Shown here: positions 1-10,286 of the stretch, one piece after another
Position numbering within the stretch: the first letter of the stretch is position 1
Layout: each line of letters begins with the position of its first letter
Assembly: GCA_945861645.1 (NCBI GenBank)
Contig: CAMAVZ010000005.1
Span: forward strand, 1-64,000
Origin: Opitutus sp. GAS368
GTDB lineage: Bacteria; Verrucomicrobiota; Verrucomicrobiia; Opitutales; Opitutaceae
Reading direction: 5' to 3'
DNA length: 64,000 nt
The notes under the pieces: model-generated
What the model saw: the letters and a program-made list of their open reading frames with translations, nothing else
The model's database searches: none
What the model was told of the DNA's origin: nothing
Made by a program: the position numbers and the translations under genes

Positions 1-45
1 CGCTCGTAACTATCTCCCTAGGTTAATTTTACCAAAACAAGACCC

Positions 46-708
46 GTGCCTATTAAGCCAGCATTTGTAGAGCTAATGGCGCAGCGGCGCGCCGATCTAA
101 GCGCTAAACTCACCGCAATTTTTCCCGCCCCGCGAGCGATTGTCTGGGAAATTGGCTGCGGTCACGGCCATTTCCTCGAGCGCTACGCCGCCGAATTCCC
201 CCTGCGCCTTTGCCTCGGGGTAGATTTAGCCAGCGAGCGGATAACCCGGGCTTTACGCAAATCCGAGCGGGGCAAGTTACTCAATTGCCACTTCATCCGC
301 GCCGATGCGCTCGATTTTCTCCACGCCCTGCCGAAAGAAGTTACCCTGCAAGAGATTTGGGTGCTTTTCCCTGATCCCTGGCCCAAAAAACGCCACCACA
401 AGAACCGAATTTTACAGCCTGATTTTTTTTCCGCCCTAGCTGCCCATGCGCCGGCTGAGGCCCGACTGTATTTTCGCACCGACTCAATCGACTATTTCCA
501 GGCCGTGCAGGCACTACTGCCTAGTTTGAAAACGTGGGAAATCCCCAAAGCAGGGGAGCCCTGGCCCTTAGAACATGAAACCGTCTTTCAAGCCCGGGCC
601 GAGAGCTACCAATCTCTGATCTTAGTCAGGACATCAGATCCAGCCAAATCAGCAGAAATAACTGCCCCAGCAGCGCCGCCGCCAGAAGACTCCAGGTTAC
701 CTGCATGA
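46..708 (+). CDS. trmB: tRNA (guanine-N7)-methyltransferase
   Basis: EIGCGHG SAM motif, FPDPWPKKRHHKNRI signature, RTD motif. Confidence 0.92.
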   Translation: MPIKPAFVELMAQRRADLSAKLTAIFPAPRAIVWEIGCGHGHFLERYAAEFPLRLCLGVDLASERITRALRKSERGKLLNCHFIRADALDFLHALPKEVTLQEIWVLFPDPWPKKRHHKNRILQPDFFSALAAHAPAEARLYFRTDSIDYFQAVQALLPSLKTWEIPKAGEPWPLEHETVFQARAESYQSLILVRTSDPAKSAEITAPAAPPPEDSRLPA

Positions 709-793
709 AAATATTATGCGCCAGTTGCCGCTCGCCGTTACCCCGCCGAGCGGGCGCCGTTCGATCAAGGAGTGCGCGAGTGGCTAATTCCAT
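626..793 (-). CDS. Putative 55-aa small membrane protein overlapping the trmB 3' end (not in ORF track)
   Basis: Manual translation MELATRALLDRTAPARRGNGERQLAHNIFMQVTWSLLAAALLGQLFLLIWLDLMS; ATG start; C-terminal hydrophobic helix. Confidence 0.45.
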   Translation of the reverse strand: MELATRALLDRTAPARRGNGERQLAHNIFMQVTWSLLAAALLGQLFLLIWLDLMS

Positions 794-984
794 ATGGCAG
801 CAATCAGACTTTACAACGGGTAGCGCAAGCCTGCTGCGCGCATAAGTTTTCGGCGGGTCGTTTTGGGTCAGCCCTAATTCTAACTTATTAACCCGTTTTT
901 TATATTTAGAGGGTTGACGCTGCTCCGCGCAGAAACCTACCTAATCGCTCTCTCACCGCTGATTTTGTCTTCATTAGAATACGC

Positions 985-1860
985 ATGCGCCTCGCCAAAA
1001 AAATTATCGCCGCCTCCGCCGCTCTGGTAAGCGCCGTTGCTTTGTTCGCGAGTGAAGGGCAGGGGGTCGCTCCAGCCGCCGCTAAATTGTATGATTTTGG
1101 TAACGGCTGGGCCATTACTAATAGCATGGCAACGGGCTGGACTGTATCGGCCGTGCTCATTGCCCTAATTTTGTTCGCGGTGCGCAAACCCCAAGTGCTG
1201 CCGACTAAGAGTCAGGCCGTCTTTGAGTCACTCCTGGAAGGGCTGCGTGATCTCTTCGAGCCGATTGTGGGCAAAAAAGCCTTTCCCGCGACTTTCCCCT
1301 TACTGGTTACCTTCTTTATCTTCATTCTTATTCAAAACTGGATGGGTTTGCTACCGGGTGTCGGGACGATCGGCTGGGGGCATAACGTGGATGGAGATTT
1401 TCATATCACCTCACCGTGGATTCGCCCTTTTACCGCCGACTTCAATAGCACCATCGCGCTGGCCTTAGTTTCCTTCGGAGCCTACCTCATTATCATCTTC
1501 AAGTATGCCGGACCGAAACTCATCCTGTGGGATCTATTTGGCAATAAAGCCGATAAAAAAGAAACCCCGGGTTGGCTTTACCCTTTTCTGACTCTGGTTT
1601 TTCTGCTCGTCGGCTGCATTGAGGTTTTCTCCATCGTCATCCGACCCTTCACGCTTTCAGTGCGGCTATTCGGCAACGTCTTTGGCGGTGAAAACCTTCT
1701 CCATGGAACCGGTTTCATTTTCATTTTCTATTTCATGGAATTGCTCGTCGGGCTGATTCAAGCCACCGTCTTTACGCTCCTCACCTCGGTCTATATTGGC
1801 CTCCTCTGCAATCACGGCGATGATCACGAAGCAGGCCACGCCGCTGAGGCTCACCACTAA
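985..1860 (+). CDS. atpB: F0F1 ATP synthase subunit a
   Basis: NWMGLLPG, RPFTLSVRLFGN (essential Arg), ELLVGLIQATVF; first gene of the atp operon. Confidence 0.95.
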   Translation: MRLAKKIIAASAALVSAVALFASEGQGVAPAAAKLYDFGNGWAITNSMATGWTVSAVLIALILFAVRKPQVLPTKSQAVFESLLEGLRDLFEPIVGKKAFPATFPLLVTFFIFILIQNWMGLLPGVGTIGWGHNVDGDFHITSPWIRPFTADFNSTIALALVSFGAYLIIIFKYAGPKLILWDLFGNKADKKETPGWLYPFLTLVFLLVGCIEVFSIVIRPFTLSVRLFGNVFGGENLLHGTGFIFIFYFMELLVGLIQATVFTLLTSVYIGLLCNHGDDHEAGHAAEAHH

Positions 1861-1928
1861 TAATTTATCGCCGGGAGCGTGCCTCGCGTGCGCACGGCGA
1901 CCACTGCAACCACCACTAAAATAAATAC

Positions 1929-2138
1929 ATGAACCTCCTCCTCGCTGAAATTACCGGTAATATCGCCAGCGCTTTCGGTCTACTCGGCGCCGCCATCGGC
2001 GTCGGCCTCATCGGCAATAAGGCCGCCGAAGCCGTCGGTCGCAATCCCGGTGCATCCGGCAAGATCCTTGTCCAAGCCATCATCGGCATGGCGCTCGCCG
2101 AAGGTCTCGGCATTCTCGCGCTGTTCCTCGCCAAGTAA
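1929..2138 (+). CDS. atpE: ATP synthase subunit c
   Basis: 69-aa hairpin with GxGxG repeats, RNP loop and ion-binding Glu in ALAEG. Confidence 0.96.
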   Translation: MNLLLAEITGNIASAFGLLGAAIGVGLIGNKAAEAVGRNPGASGKILVQAIIGMALAEGLGILALFLAK

Positions 2139-2198
2139 TCAACCCTCTTCACTGGCGACGCGCCGCCCAGCGCTGCGCCCGCCAGTCCCTTTCTCGTC

Positions 2199-2741
2199 AT
2201 GCTGACTACTCTCCTCGCTGTCACGGAATCCGCCCACGAATCTGGCATCGTTCAGCAATTCGGGCTCGAGCCGAAATTCGTGATCATGCAGGTGGTCAGC
2301 TTCCTGATCCTCTTTGGCGTCCTCTACCAATTTGGGATTAAGCCGACCATCACCACGATGGCCGAGCGCAACCAGAAGATCGCCGACGGACTCAAGCATG
2401 CGGAGGAAACCGCCATCCGCCTCGCCGCTGCTGCCCAAGAGAGCACGCAACTCATCAAGACCGCCCAACTCGAAGCTTCGAAAGTAATTGAGGAAGCCCG
2501 CAAGTCCGCGAAGGAATTTGCCGACAAACAAAACACCGAAGCCACCGCCCGCGCCGCTGATACCCTCGTCAAAGCGCAACAGGCCATTGAGCTCGAGCAC
2601 AAGAAAATGCTCAACGAAGCGCGCAGCGAAATTGCCCGGCTGGTCGTCAAAACGACCGAGCAGGTTTTGGCCAAAAAACTCTCTGAGGCCGACCGCGCGG
2701 CTTATAATGAAGCTGCCAGCAAAGAACTCACCTCAGCTTAA
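2199..2741 (+). CDS. atpF: ATP synthase subunit b
   Basis: N-terminal TM helix followed by a long Ala/Glu/Lys coiled coil; operon position. Confidence 0.93.
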   Translation: MLTTLLAVTESAHESGIVQQFGLEPKFVIMQVVSFLILFGVLYQFGIKPTITTMAERNQKIADGLKHAEETAIRLAAAAQESTQLIKTAQLEASKVIEEARKSAKEFADKQNTEATARAADTLVKAQQAIELEHKKMLNEARSEIARLVVKTTEQVLAKKLSEADRAAYNEAASKELTSA

Positions 2742-2749
2742 TTTGATCT

Positions 2750-3142
2750 GTGCGCGGCGATAAAAAAACCAAGCTTTTGGCTAAACAGCTTTTCAAGCTG
2801 AGCCTGCGCGATGGCCAAGTGTCATCCGAGCAAGTCGCCGGCGTATTAGGTTATATTGAGCAAGCCGCCCCTCGCCACGCCCTCGCGTTGCTCAAACTTT
2901 ACCAGCAAGCCATCGTCACCGAGTTGGCCAAGTCCCACGCGCGCGTGGAACATGCTGGTCCCATCAGCGCCGCCACCCTGCCATTAATCGCCCGCGCGAT
3001 GACCAAAAAATACGCGCGCCCCGTCACCGCCACGGCCCAACCGAATCCGCGCTTGTTGGCTGGCCTGCGCGTGCGCATTGGCTCCGATCTCTATGAGTCG
3101 TCCGTCGCCGGCCAACTCGCTACTCTTTCCCACGCAGTCTAA
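2750..3142 (+). CDS. atpH: ATP synthase subunit delta (short form)
   Basis: C-terminal delta motif PRLLAGLRVRIGSDLYESSVAGQL; lies between atpF and atpA. Confidence 0.88.
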   Translation: MRGDKKTKLLAKQLFKLSLRDGQVSSEQVAGVLGYIEQAAPRHALALLKLYQQAIVTELAKSHARVEHAGPISAATLPLIARAMTKKYARPVTATAQPNPRLLAGLRVRIGSDLYESSVAGQLATLSHAV

Positions 3143-3170
3143 CCCCGTCTCCTTTTAATTCCTCCTCCAG

Positions 3171-4700
3171 ATGAGCACCGTCGTTGAACAAATCGAACAG
3201 CAGATCGCCAAGCTTTCCAGCAAGGCCATCAAGAAGAACACTGGCACCATCCGCGCAGTCGCCGATGGCGTCGCCAAACTCGACGGTCTCTCCGACGTCA
3301 TGTATAACGAGATGGTGCAGTTCCCGGGCGGCGCCATCGGCATCGCCCTCAATCTCGAGGCGGATGAAGTGGGTTGCGTCGTCCTTGGTGACGTTTCGCA
3401 ACTGAAAGAAGGCGACGAAGTCCAGACTACCGGCAAACTTCTCTCTGTACCCGTCGGCCGCGCCCTGCTCGGTCGCGTCGTCGATGCCCTTGGCCGGCCC
3501 GTAGATGGCAAAGGCCCGATTGATGCCAAAGAATTTTATCCGGTGGAGAAAATTGCCCCAGGGATCATGGTCCGCAAATCGGTTAACCAGCCGCTCTTCA
3601 CTGGGATCATGGCCATTGATTCCATGATTCCCATCGGTCGCGGCCAACGCGAATTAATCATCGGCGATCGTGGCACCGGTAAAACCACCATCTGTATCGA
3701 TACGATTATCAACCAAGGCCGCATCAATAAAGTTGGCTTGGCCTCGGGCGATAAGAGCTTCCGCCCCGTCTACTCCATCTACGTCGCAATTGGCCAGAAG
3801 CAGTCCAACGTCGTTCGGACCATTGCCGCGCTCGAAGCCGCGGGCGCGCTCGAATATACGGTCATCGTCGCCGCCACCGCCGGAGACAATCCCGCCAACC
3901 AATACCTCGCTCCATTCTCGGGCGCCTCGATTGGTGAATGGTTCATGGAAAACGGCATGGATGCGCTCATTGTTTACGATGACCTTTCCAAGCACGCCGT
4001 CGCCTATCGCCAAATTTCCCTGATCCTGAAAAGGCCTTCTGGCCGCGAAGCTTATCCGGGCGATGTATTTTATCTCCACAGCCGCCTGCTCGAGCGCGCT
4101 GCCCGCCTCGATGGCAAAGGTTCGCTCACCGCGCTGCCGGTCATCGAGACCCAAGCTGGCGACGTCTCGGCTTACATTCCGACCAACGTTATCTCCATCA
4201 CCGATGGCCAGATTTTCTTGGAGACCGATCTTTTTAACCAAGGTATTCGCCCGGCCGTATCCGTCGGTCTTTCGGTCTCCCGCGTTGGGTCCTCCGCGCA
4301 AATCAAGGTCACCAAACAAGTCGGCGGCAAACTCAAGGGCGAGCTGGCGCAGTTCCGCGAACTCGCTGCCTTCGCGCAATTCGGCTCCGACCTCGATGCA
4401 AAAACTAAAGCCCAGCTCGAGCGCGGCTCCCGTATCGTGGAGCTTTTCAAGCAACCCCAACTGAACCCGCTCTCCATTGAGTTACAGGCGGCTATTCTGT
4501 GGGCCCTCCAAAAAACTTACTTCGATGCCATTGAGGTTAAAAATGTGGTGAGCGCCGCTAACTCGCTCAAAGATTACCTCACCAGCCGCAAAGACGCGCT
4601 CCTGACGAAGATTCGCACCGAGGCTAAACTCTCAGACGAAATCGAAGCCGGCCTCAAGGCGGCGGCTGACGAATGGAAGAGCACCTTCGCCGCTCAATAA
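3171..4700 (+). CDS. atpA: ATP synthase subunit alpha
   Basis: [46 protein letters not shown]. Confidence 0.99.
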   Translation: MSTVVEQIEQQIAKLSSKAIKKNTGTIRAVADGVAKLDGLSDVMYNEMVQFPGGAIGIALNLEADEVGCVVLGDVSQLKEGDEVQTTGKLLSVPVGRALLGRVVDALGRPVDGKGPIDAKEFYPVEKIAPGIMVRKSVNQPLFTGIMAIDSMIPIGRGQRELIIGDRGTGKTTICIDTIINQGRINKVGLASGDKSFRPVYSIYVAIGQKQSNVVRTIAALEAAGALEYTVIVAATAGDNPANQYLAPFSGASIGEWFMENGMDALIVYDDLSKHAVAYRQISLILKRPSGREAYPGDVFYLHSRLLERAARLDGKGSLTALPVIETQAGDVSAYIPTNVISITDGQIFLETDLFNQGIRPAVSVGLSVSRVGSSAQIKVTKQVGGKLKGELAQFRELAAFAQFGSDLDAKTKAQLERGSRIVELFKQPQLNPLSIELQAAILWALQKTYFDAIEVKNVVSAANSLKDYLTSRKDALLTKIRTEAKLSDEIEAGLKAAADEWKSTFAAQ

Positions 4701-4794
4701 TTTAAAAACGCGTATTACGATTCAACCCACTGGTTAACTCACCCCGGGCTTTTGGGCTCATTCTGAAATCGTAAATCACCCAGCATAGATCTTC

Positions 4795-5667
4795 ATGGCC
4801 TCCACCCGCGACATCCGCCGACGCATTAAGTCGGTCAAAAACACCCGCCAAATCACCAAGGCGATGGAACTGGTGGCGGCTTCCAAGATGAAGAAAGCGC
4901 AACAAGTTGCGCTCGCCGGTCGGCCCTACGCCCAACTGATGGCTAATATGCTCGCGGCCCTCGCTCCACGAGTGAGCGAAACCCAACATCCGTTGCTCAG
5001 CCGCCGCGAGGTCAAGGTTCGCGGAATCATTCTGGTTACGACCGATAAAGGCCTGTGCGGTCCGCTGAACGCTAATCTCTTCAAGCTCGTGGCCGAAATC
5101 AAAACACCGGTCAAGTATGTGGCCATCGGTCGCAAGGGCGCGCAGTTTCTCGCCCGCACCAAGCGCACGGTGCTCGCAGATTTTAGCGTGAACGACCGTG
5201 TCCCCTTCGGTGAAATCAAAACTCCCGTAGAATTTTTGGTTAAGCTTTTTCTCGAGGGCACTGTCGACACCGTCGAAGTTATCTACTCGCGCTATAAAAA
5301 TACCTTGGTCCAAGAGGCGATCGTTCGCCCCGTACTGCCGCTCTCCAATGTGGCCGACTTTGTGGCCCACCTCCGCGCTGAGAGCGGCCATGGCCAGGCC
5401 CTCGATGCGCGCGATATGCTCTTCGAGCCCAATGCTGATGCCGTCCTCGCCGCTCTGCTGCCGTTCTACGTCAATCGCTACGTCTATCAGTTGGTGCTCT
5501 CCGCCAAAGCCTCGGAACACAGTGCCCGCATGGTCGCAATGAAGACCGCCAAGGATAATGCCACGAGCCTCCTCGGCGATCTCACGCTCGAATATAACAA
5601 AGCGCGGCAAGCCGCCATCACCCAAGAAATTCTCGAAATCTCTGCCGCGGCTTTCAGCGCGGCCTAA
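4795..5667 (+). CDS. atpG: ATP synthase subunit gamma
   Basis: ITKAMELVAASK, DKGLCG, SEHSARMVAM, RQAAITQEILEI. Confidence 0.98.
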   Translation: MASTRDIRRRIKSVKNTRQITKAMELVAASKMKKAQQVALAGRPYAQLMANMLAALAPRVSETQHPLLSRREVKVRGIILVTTDKGLCGPLNANLFKLVAEIKTPVKYVAIGRKGAQFLARTKRTVLADFSVNDRVPFGEIKTPVEFLVKLFLEGTVDTVEVIYSRYKNTLVQEAIVRPVLPLSNVADFVAHLRAESGHGQALDARDMLFEPNADAVLAALLPFYVNRYVYQLVLSAKASEHSARMVAMKTAKDNATSLLGDLTLEYNKARQAAITQEILEISAAAFSAA

Positions 5668-5694
5668 CTTTTATAATCACCCCCACCCGTTTAA

Positions 5695-7119
<1,425 letters not shown>

Positions 7120-7169
7120 CCAGACCAGCGCTCTCGCTTCATCCTTGTTACTTAATCCCTTCTTTCAAC

Positions 7170-7577
7170 ATGTCGCTCATCCTCGAAATCGTCACGCCCG
7201 AAGCCAAGGTTTATGCCGATACGATTGATAGTGTTGTGATTCCGACCGTTGAAGGTGAAATTGGTATTCTCCCCGGTCACATTCCCTTGCTCACCCAAAT
7301 TGAGAGCGGGGAATTGCGCGTCACCAAAGGCAATTCCATTCAGTGGTTGGCGGTGGGTGGGGGCTTTGCCCAAATCGATGGCGACACCGTTCGCGTGCTC
7401 GCGGAGCATGCTATCACGGAAGAGAAGATTGATGAAAATGCGGTTGAGGTAGCGATGAAACGTGCCGAGCAGGAGCTCAAGGCCGCGAACGATATGGATC
7501 CCCAGCAATACGAACACTTGCAGAGCCTGGTGCGCTATTCTGGGGTTCAGCTCGCCGTCAAACGTCGGCGGCGCTAA
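7170..7577 (+). CDS. atpC: ATP synthase subunit epsilon
   Basis: LEIVTPE, GEIGILPGHIPL, GGFA motifs. Confidence 0.96.
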   Translation: MSLILEIVTPEAKVYADTIDSVVIPTVEGEIGILPGHIPLLTQIESGELRVTKGNSIQWLAVGGGFAQIDGDTVRVLAEHAITEEKIDENAVEVAMKRAEQELKAANDMDPQQYEHLQSLVRYSGVQLAVKRRRR

Positions 7578-7583
7578 CCTTTT

Positions 7584-7626
7584 GCCCTAGGCCTACTCCA
7601 CGAGTAGTTTGACCTAGGGCTTTTTT
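7584..7626 (+). terminator. Intrinsic terminator of the atp operon
   Basis: GCCCTAGG (7584-7591) pairs with CCTAGGGC (7613-7620); inner CTACTC/GAGTAG stem; followed by T6. Confidence 0.8.
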
Positions 7627-7638
7627 CTGCTTCACTCC

Positions 7639-7653
7639 TGATACTTAGTCTCA
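7639..7653. promoter_or_regulatory. Fur-like 7-1-7 operator upstream of feoA
   Basis: TGATACT-T-AGTCTCA is 6/7 self-symmetric, resembles TGATAATnATTATCA and ends 6 nt before the feoA start. Confidence 0.6.
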
Positions 7654-7659
7654 CCTACC

Positions 7660-7911
7660 GTGTCATCTCCACTTCACCTTTTGCCGCTTTGCCAGCTTGC
7701 CGCTGGAGCCACTGGGCGAATTTGTGTGATTAACGGTGATGACGGCTTCGCCCAACGGTTGCGCGAGATGGGCTTTGGCGAAGCCGCTTTGGTTACCAAA
7801 ATATCTGGCCGCACCACCAGCCTTTGCCAAGTTAACGGCACGCGCATCGCCCTCAACCACAACGCCGCGATGGCTATTCTGGTGGAAGCCTTGCCCGCCG
7901 GGGTTCGCTGA
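7660..7911 (+). CDS. feoA: Ferrous iron transport protein A
   Basis: RLREMGF...V...RIAL FeoA SH3-like pattern; directly upstream of feoB. Confidence 0.88.
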   Translation: MSSPLHLLPLCQLAAGATGRICVINGDDGFAQRLREMGFGEAALVTKISGRTTSLCQVNGTRIALNHNAAMAILVEALPAGVR

Positions 7912-7966
7912 GCAGTTGGCGCCAGATTATGGCGAACCGGCTCCACGCTTGCGGTAATTTTTCGCT

Positions 7967-10102
7967 GTGATTTTGCCGCCGCACATCACGCCGCTGGGTA
8001 AAAAGCGACCGTCGGGATCCGCCCGCACGCCGATTTACGCCCTGGTGGGTAATCCGAACTGCGGTAAGACCACGTTATTCAACGCCCTGACAGGGTTACG
8101 GCAGAAGGTCGGCAACTATCCCGGGGTAACGGTGGAGAAGAAAATCGGCGAGTGCTACTCACAGCATGGCCGGCCGATGAAAATCATCGATCTCCCCGGC
8201 GCTTACTCCTTGGCCGCGCGCTCGCCTGATGAAGCGGTCTTGCGGGATGTTTTATTTGGCCGACGCGAAGATACGCCGCAACCGGATCGGATTATCTGTG
8301 TGCTCGATGCCACTAATCTTGAACGTAACCTCTACCTCGTACACCAGATTCTCGACTTAGGTCGTCCCGTCATCGTGGTGCTTAATATGATGGATTTGGC
8401 CGTTAAAGCCGGCCTGCGGATTGATACCCACCAACTGGCGGCCGCCCTCGGGGTTGTCGTCATTTCCTGCGCCGCGGTGAAAGGGGAGGGCTTAGTTGAA
8501 CTTAAGCTCGCGATGAGTCGCAGCGATCTGCCGTTAGCCCGACACCGTTGGGATGTTCCCGCCCCAATCGCACCGGCCGTCGCTGAATTACAAGCGTCCC
8601 TGAGCGATGCTGATGCCCAATCACCACTCATCGCGCGCGCCGAGGCGCTGCTGCTGCTCACCGATTTCGAAAGCGTGCGGATTGCGGGGTCTAAACCCCT
8701 GAGTGTGCGCACCGCTGCCGTGCTGGCCACGTGGCAACAACGCTGCCTGCGGGAAGAAAGTAATTGGTCCGGCACCCTCATTCGCAGCCGTTACGACGCC
8801 ATTAATACGCTCTGCCACGAGGTTCTGCGCCGCACGCGCCCGCAAGAATTATCGGGCTCAGACCGCCTAGACGCCGTCCTCGTCCATTCCATTTGGGGTT
8901 GGTTATTTTTTGGATTCGTCATGGCTACGCTCTTTTTTTCTATTTTTTCTCTCGCGGAATATCCGATGAACTGGATCGATGCGCACATCGCTGCGCTGAG
9001 CAACGGAGTTGAAAATATTCTCCCGCCAGGTGATTTGCGCGATCTCTTAACCGATGGCGTGATCGGCGGGGTCGGGGGTATCGTCGTCTTTCTTCCCCAA
9101 ATTCTAATTTTGTTTTTCTTTGTGGGGTTACTCGAAAGCACGGGCTATATGGCGCGCGCGGCTTTTCTGATGGACCGCCCCATGAGTAAAGTAGGGCTGC
9201 ATGGAAAATCATTTATCCCCCTCCTGGGCTCCTACGCCTGTGCTATTCCGGGGATCATGGCCACCCGGACGATCGAAAATGCTAAAGATCGGCTCGTCAC
9301 AATTTTAATCGCGCCACTGATGAGCTGCTCCGCTCGGCTCCCCGTCTATCTCCTCATGATTGCGACTCTTCTGCCCGCCGCGGCCCTGCCGGCTACGTGG
9401 AAAGCGGGGCTCATGCTGCTGATGTATCTCTTGGGAACCGCCGGGGCTTTTGGCTTCGCCTGGCTTTTTAAGCGCACGCTCTTCAAGAGCGCTCGGCCGT
9501 TAATGATTATGGAGCTGCCGGCGTATCAACCGCCCCGCCTAAAGGAAATCCTCCGCCAAATGGTGGAGCGCAGTTGGCTGTTTTTAAAAAATGCCGGGAC
9601 CATTATCCTCGGCATTTCGATTGTGTTGTGGTTTCTCACCACTTACCCCAAACACTCGGATCCCACTGCGTCGGCTGAGGCGCAAATTGCGGTCAGCTTT
9701 GCTGGTCAAGTGGGCCATCTGCTGGAACCAGTCATTAAACCACTCGGCTTCGACTGGCGCATTGGAATCGGCTTGGTGACATCATTTGCCGCGCGCGAAG
9801 TTTTTGTCAGCTCGATGGGCGTCATTTTTGGCGTCGAAGATAATGCCGAACACGCTTTGCCGGTCCGCGACGCTTTACGCGCAGCCCGCTGGCCGAATGG
9901 GGCCATCTTATTCACGCCGCTCGTTTGCATCACCCTGATGGTTTATTATGTTTTCGCGATGCAGTGCATGAGCACGGTCGCCGTCGTAAAACGTGAAACC
10001 AACTCATGGCGCTGGCCCCTTTTTCAAATCGCCTACATGACCGGCACCGCGTGGCTCGTGTGCTTCGCCATCTATCAAATCGGCCGCGCGCTCGGTTATT
10101 AA
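7967..10102 (+). CDS. feoB: Ferrous iron transporter B
   Basis: GNPNCGKT, VGNYPGVTVE, DLPG, NMMD G-domain motifs; PLMSCSARLP; multi-TM C-terminus. Confidence 0.97.
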   Translation: MILPPHITPLGKKRPSGSARTPIYALVGNPNCGKTTLFNALTGLRQKVGNYPGVTVEKKIGECYSQHGRPMKIIDLPGAYSLAARSPDEAVLRDVLFGRREDTPQPDRIICVLDATNLERNLYLVHQILDLGRPVIVVLNMMDLAVKAGLRIDTHQLAAALGVVVISCAAVKGEGLVELKLAMSRSDLPLARHRWDVPAPIAPAVAELQASLSDADAQSPLIARAEALLLLTDFESVRIAGSKPLSVRTAAVLATWQQRCLREESNWSGTLIRSRYDAINTLCHEVLRRTRPQELSGSDRLDAVLVHSIWGWLFFGFVMATLFFSIFSLAEYPMNWIDAHIAALSNGVENILPPGDLRDLLTDGVIGGVGGIVVFLPQILILFFFVGLLESTGYMARAAFLMDRPMSKVGLHGKSFIPLLGSYACAIPGIMATRTIENAKDRLVTILIAPLMSCSARLPVYLLMIATLLPAAALPATWKAGLMLLMYLLGTAGAFGFAWLFKRTLFKSARPLMIMELPAYQPPRLKEILRQMVERSWLFLKNAGTIILGISIVLWFLTTYPKHSDPTASAEAQIAVSFAGQVGHLLEPVIKPLGFDWRIGIGLVTSFAAREVFVSSMGVIFGVEDNAEHALPVRDALRAARWPNGAILFTPLVCITLMVYYVFAMQCMSTVAVVKRETNSWRWPLFQIAYMTGTAWLVCFAIYQIGRALGY

Positions 10103-10118
10103 TAGCCTAATTTTATCC

Positions 10119-10286
10119 ATGTCTGCCTCTACCCAAACTTTCATCGCTTTCGCGATTGTGGGCATTGCCGTTGCTCTGCTCGTGCGCTCTGGGTTTAAAA
10201 AAAAATCGGGCGCCGGTTGCGGTCAGGAAGGTTGTAGCGCGGTCAGTCCGGAAATTAAAAAACTCCGCGCCAAGTTAAAACGCTAA
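10119..10286 (+). CDS. FeoB-associated Cys-containing small membrane protein (55 aa, not in ORF track)
   Basis: MSASTQTFIAFAIVGIAVALLVRSGFKKKSGAGCGQEGCSAVSPEIKKLRAKLKR: TM helix, basic patch, GC..GC; starts 16 nt after the feoB stop. Confidence 0.75.
   Translation: MSASTQTFIAFAIVGIAVALLVRSGFKKKSGAGCGQEGCSAVSPEIKKLRAKLKR

Noticed and set aside
705-845. 46-aa plus-strand ORF starting MKILCASC and overlapping the trmB stop
   Set aside because: It has a single CxxC and Arg/Ser-rich shadow-like composition. The opposite-strand membrane ORF is more convincing.
914-945. Sigma70 promoter for the atp operon
   Set aside because: TTGACG is a good -35, but no convincing TAnnnT -10 lies at 16-18 nt spacing, so I did not call it.
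1929-2138. Na+-translocating ATP synthase
   Set aside because: Subunit c has AEGLG rather than the Q...ES/T..Y sodium signature, so it is probably proton-coupled.
10197-10205. A9 run as a phase-variation tract
   Set aside because: It encodes the in-frame KKK after the TM helix, which is expected in this peptide type.
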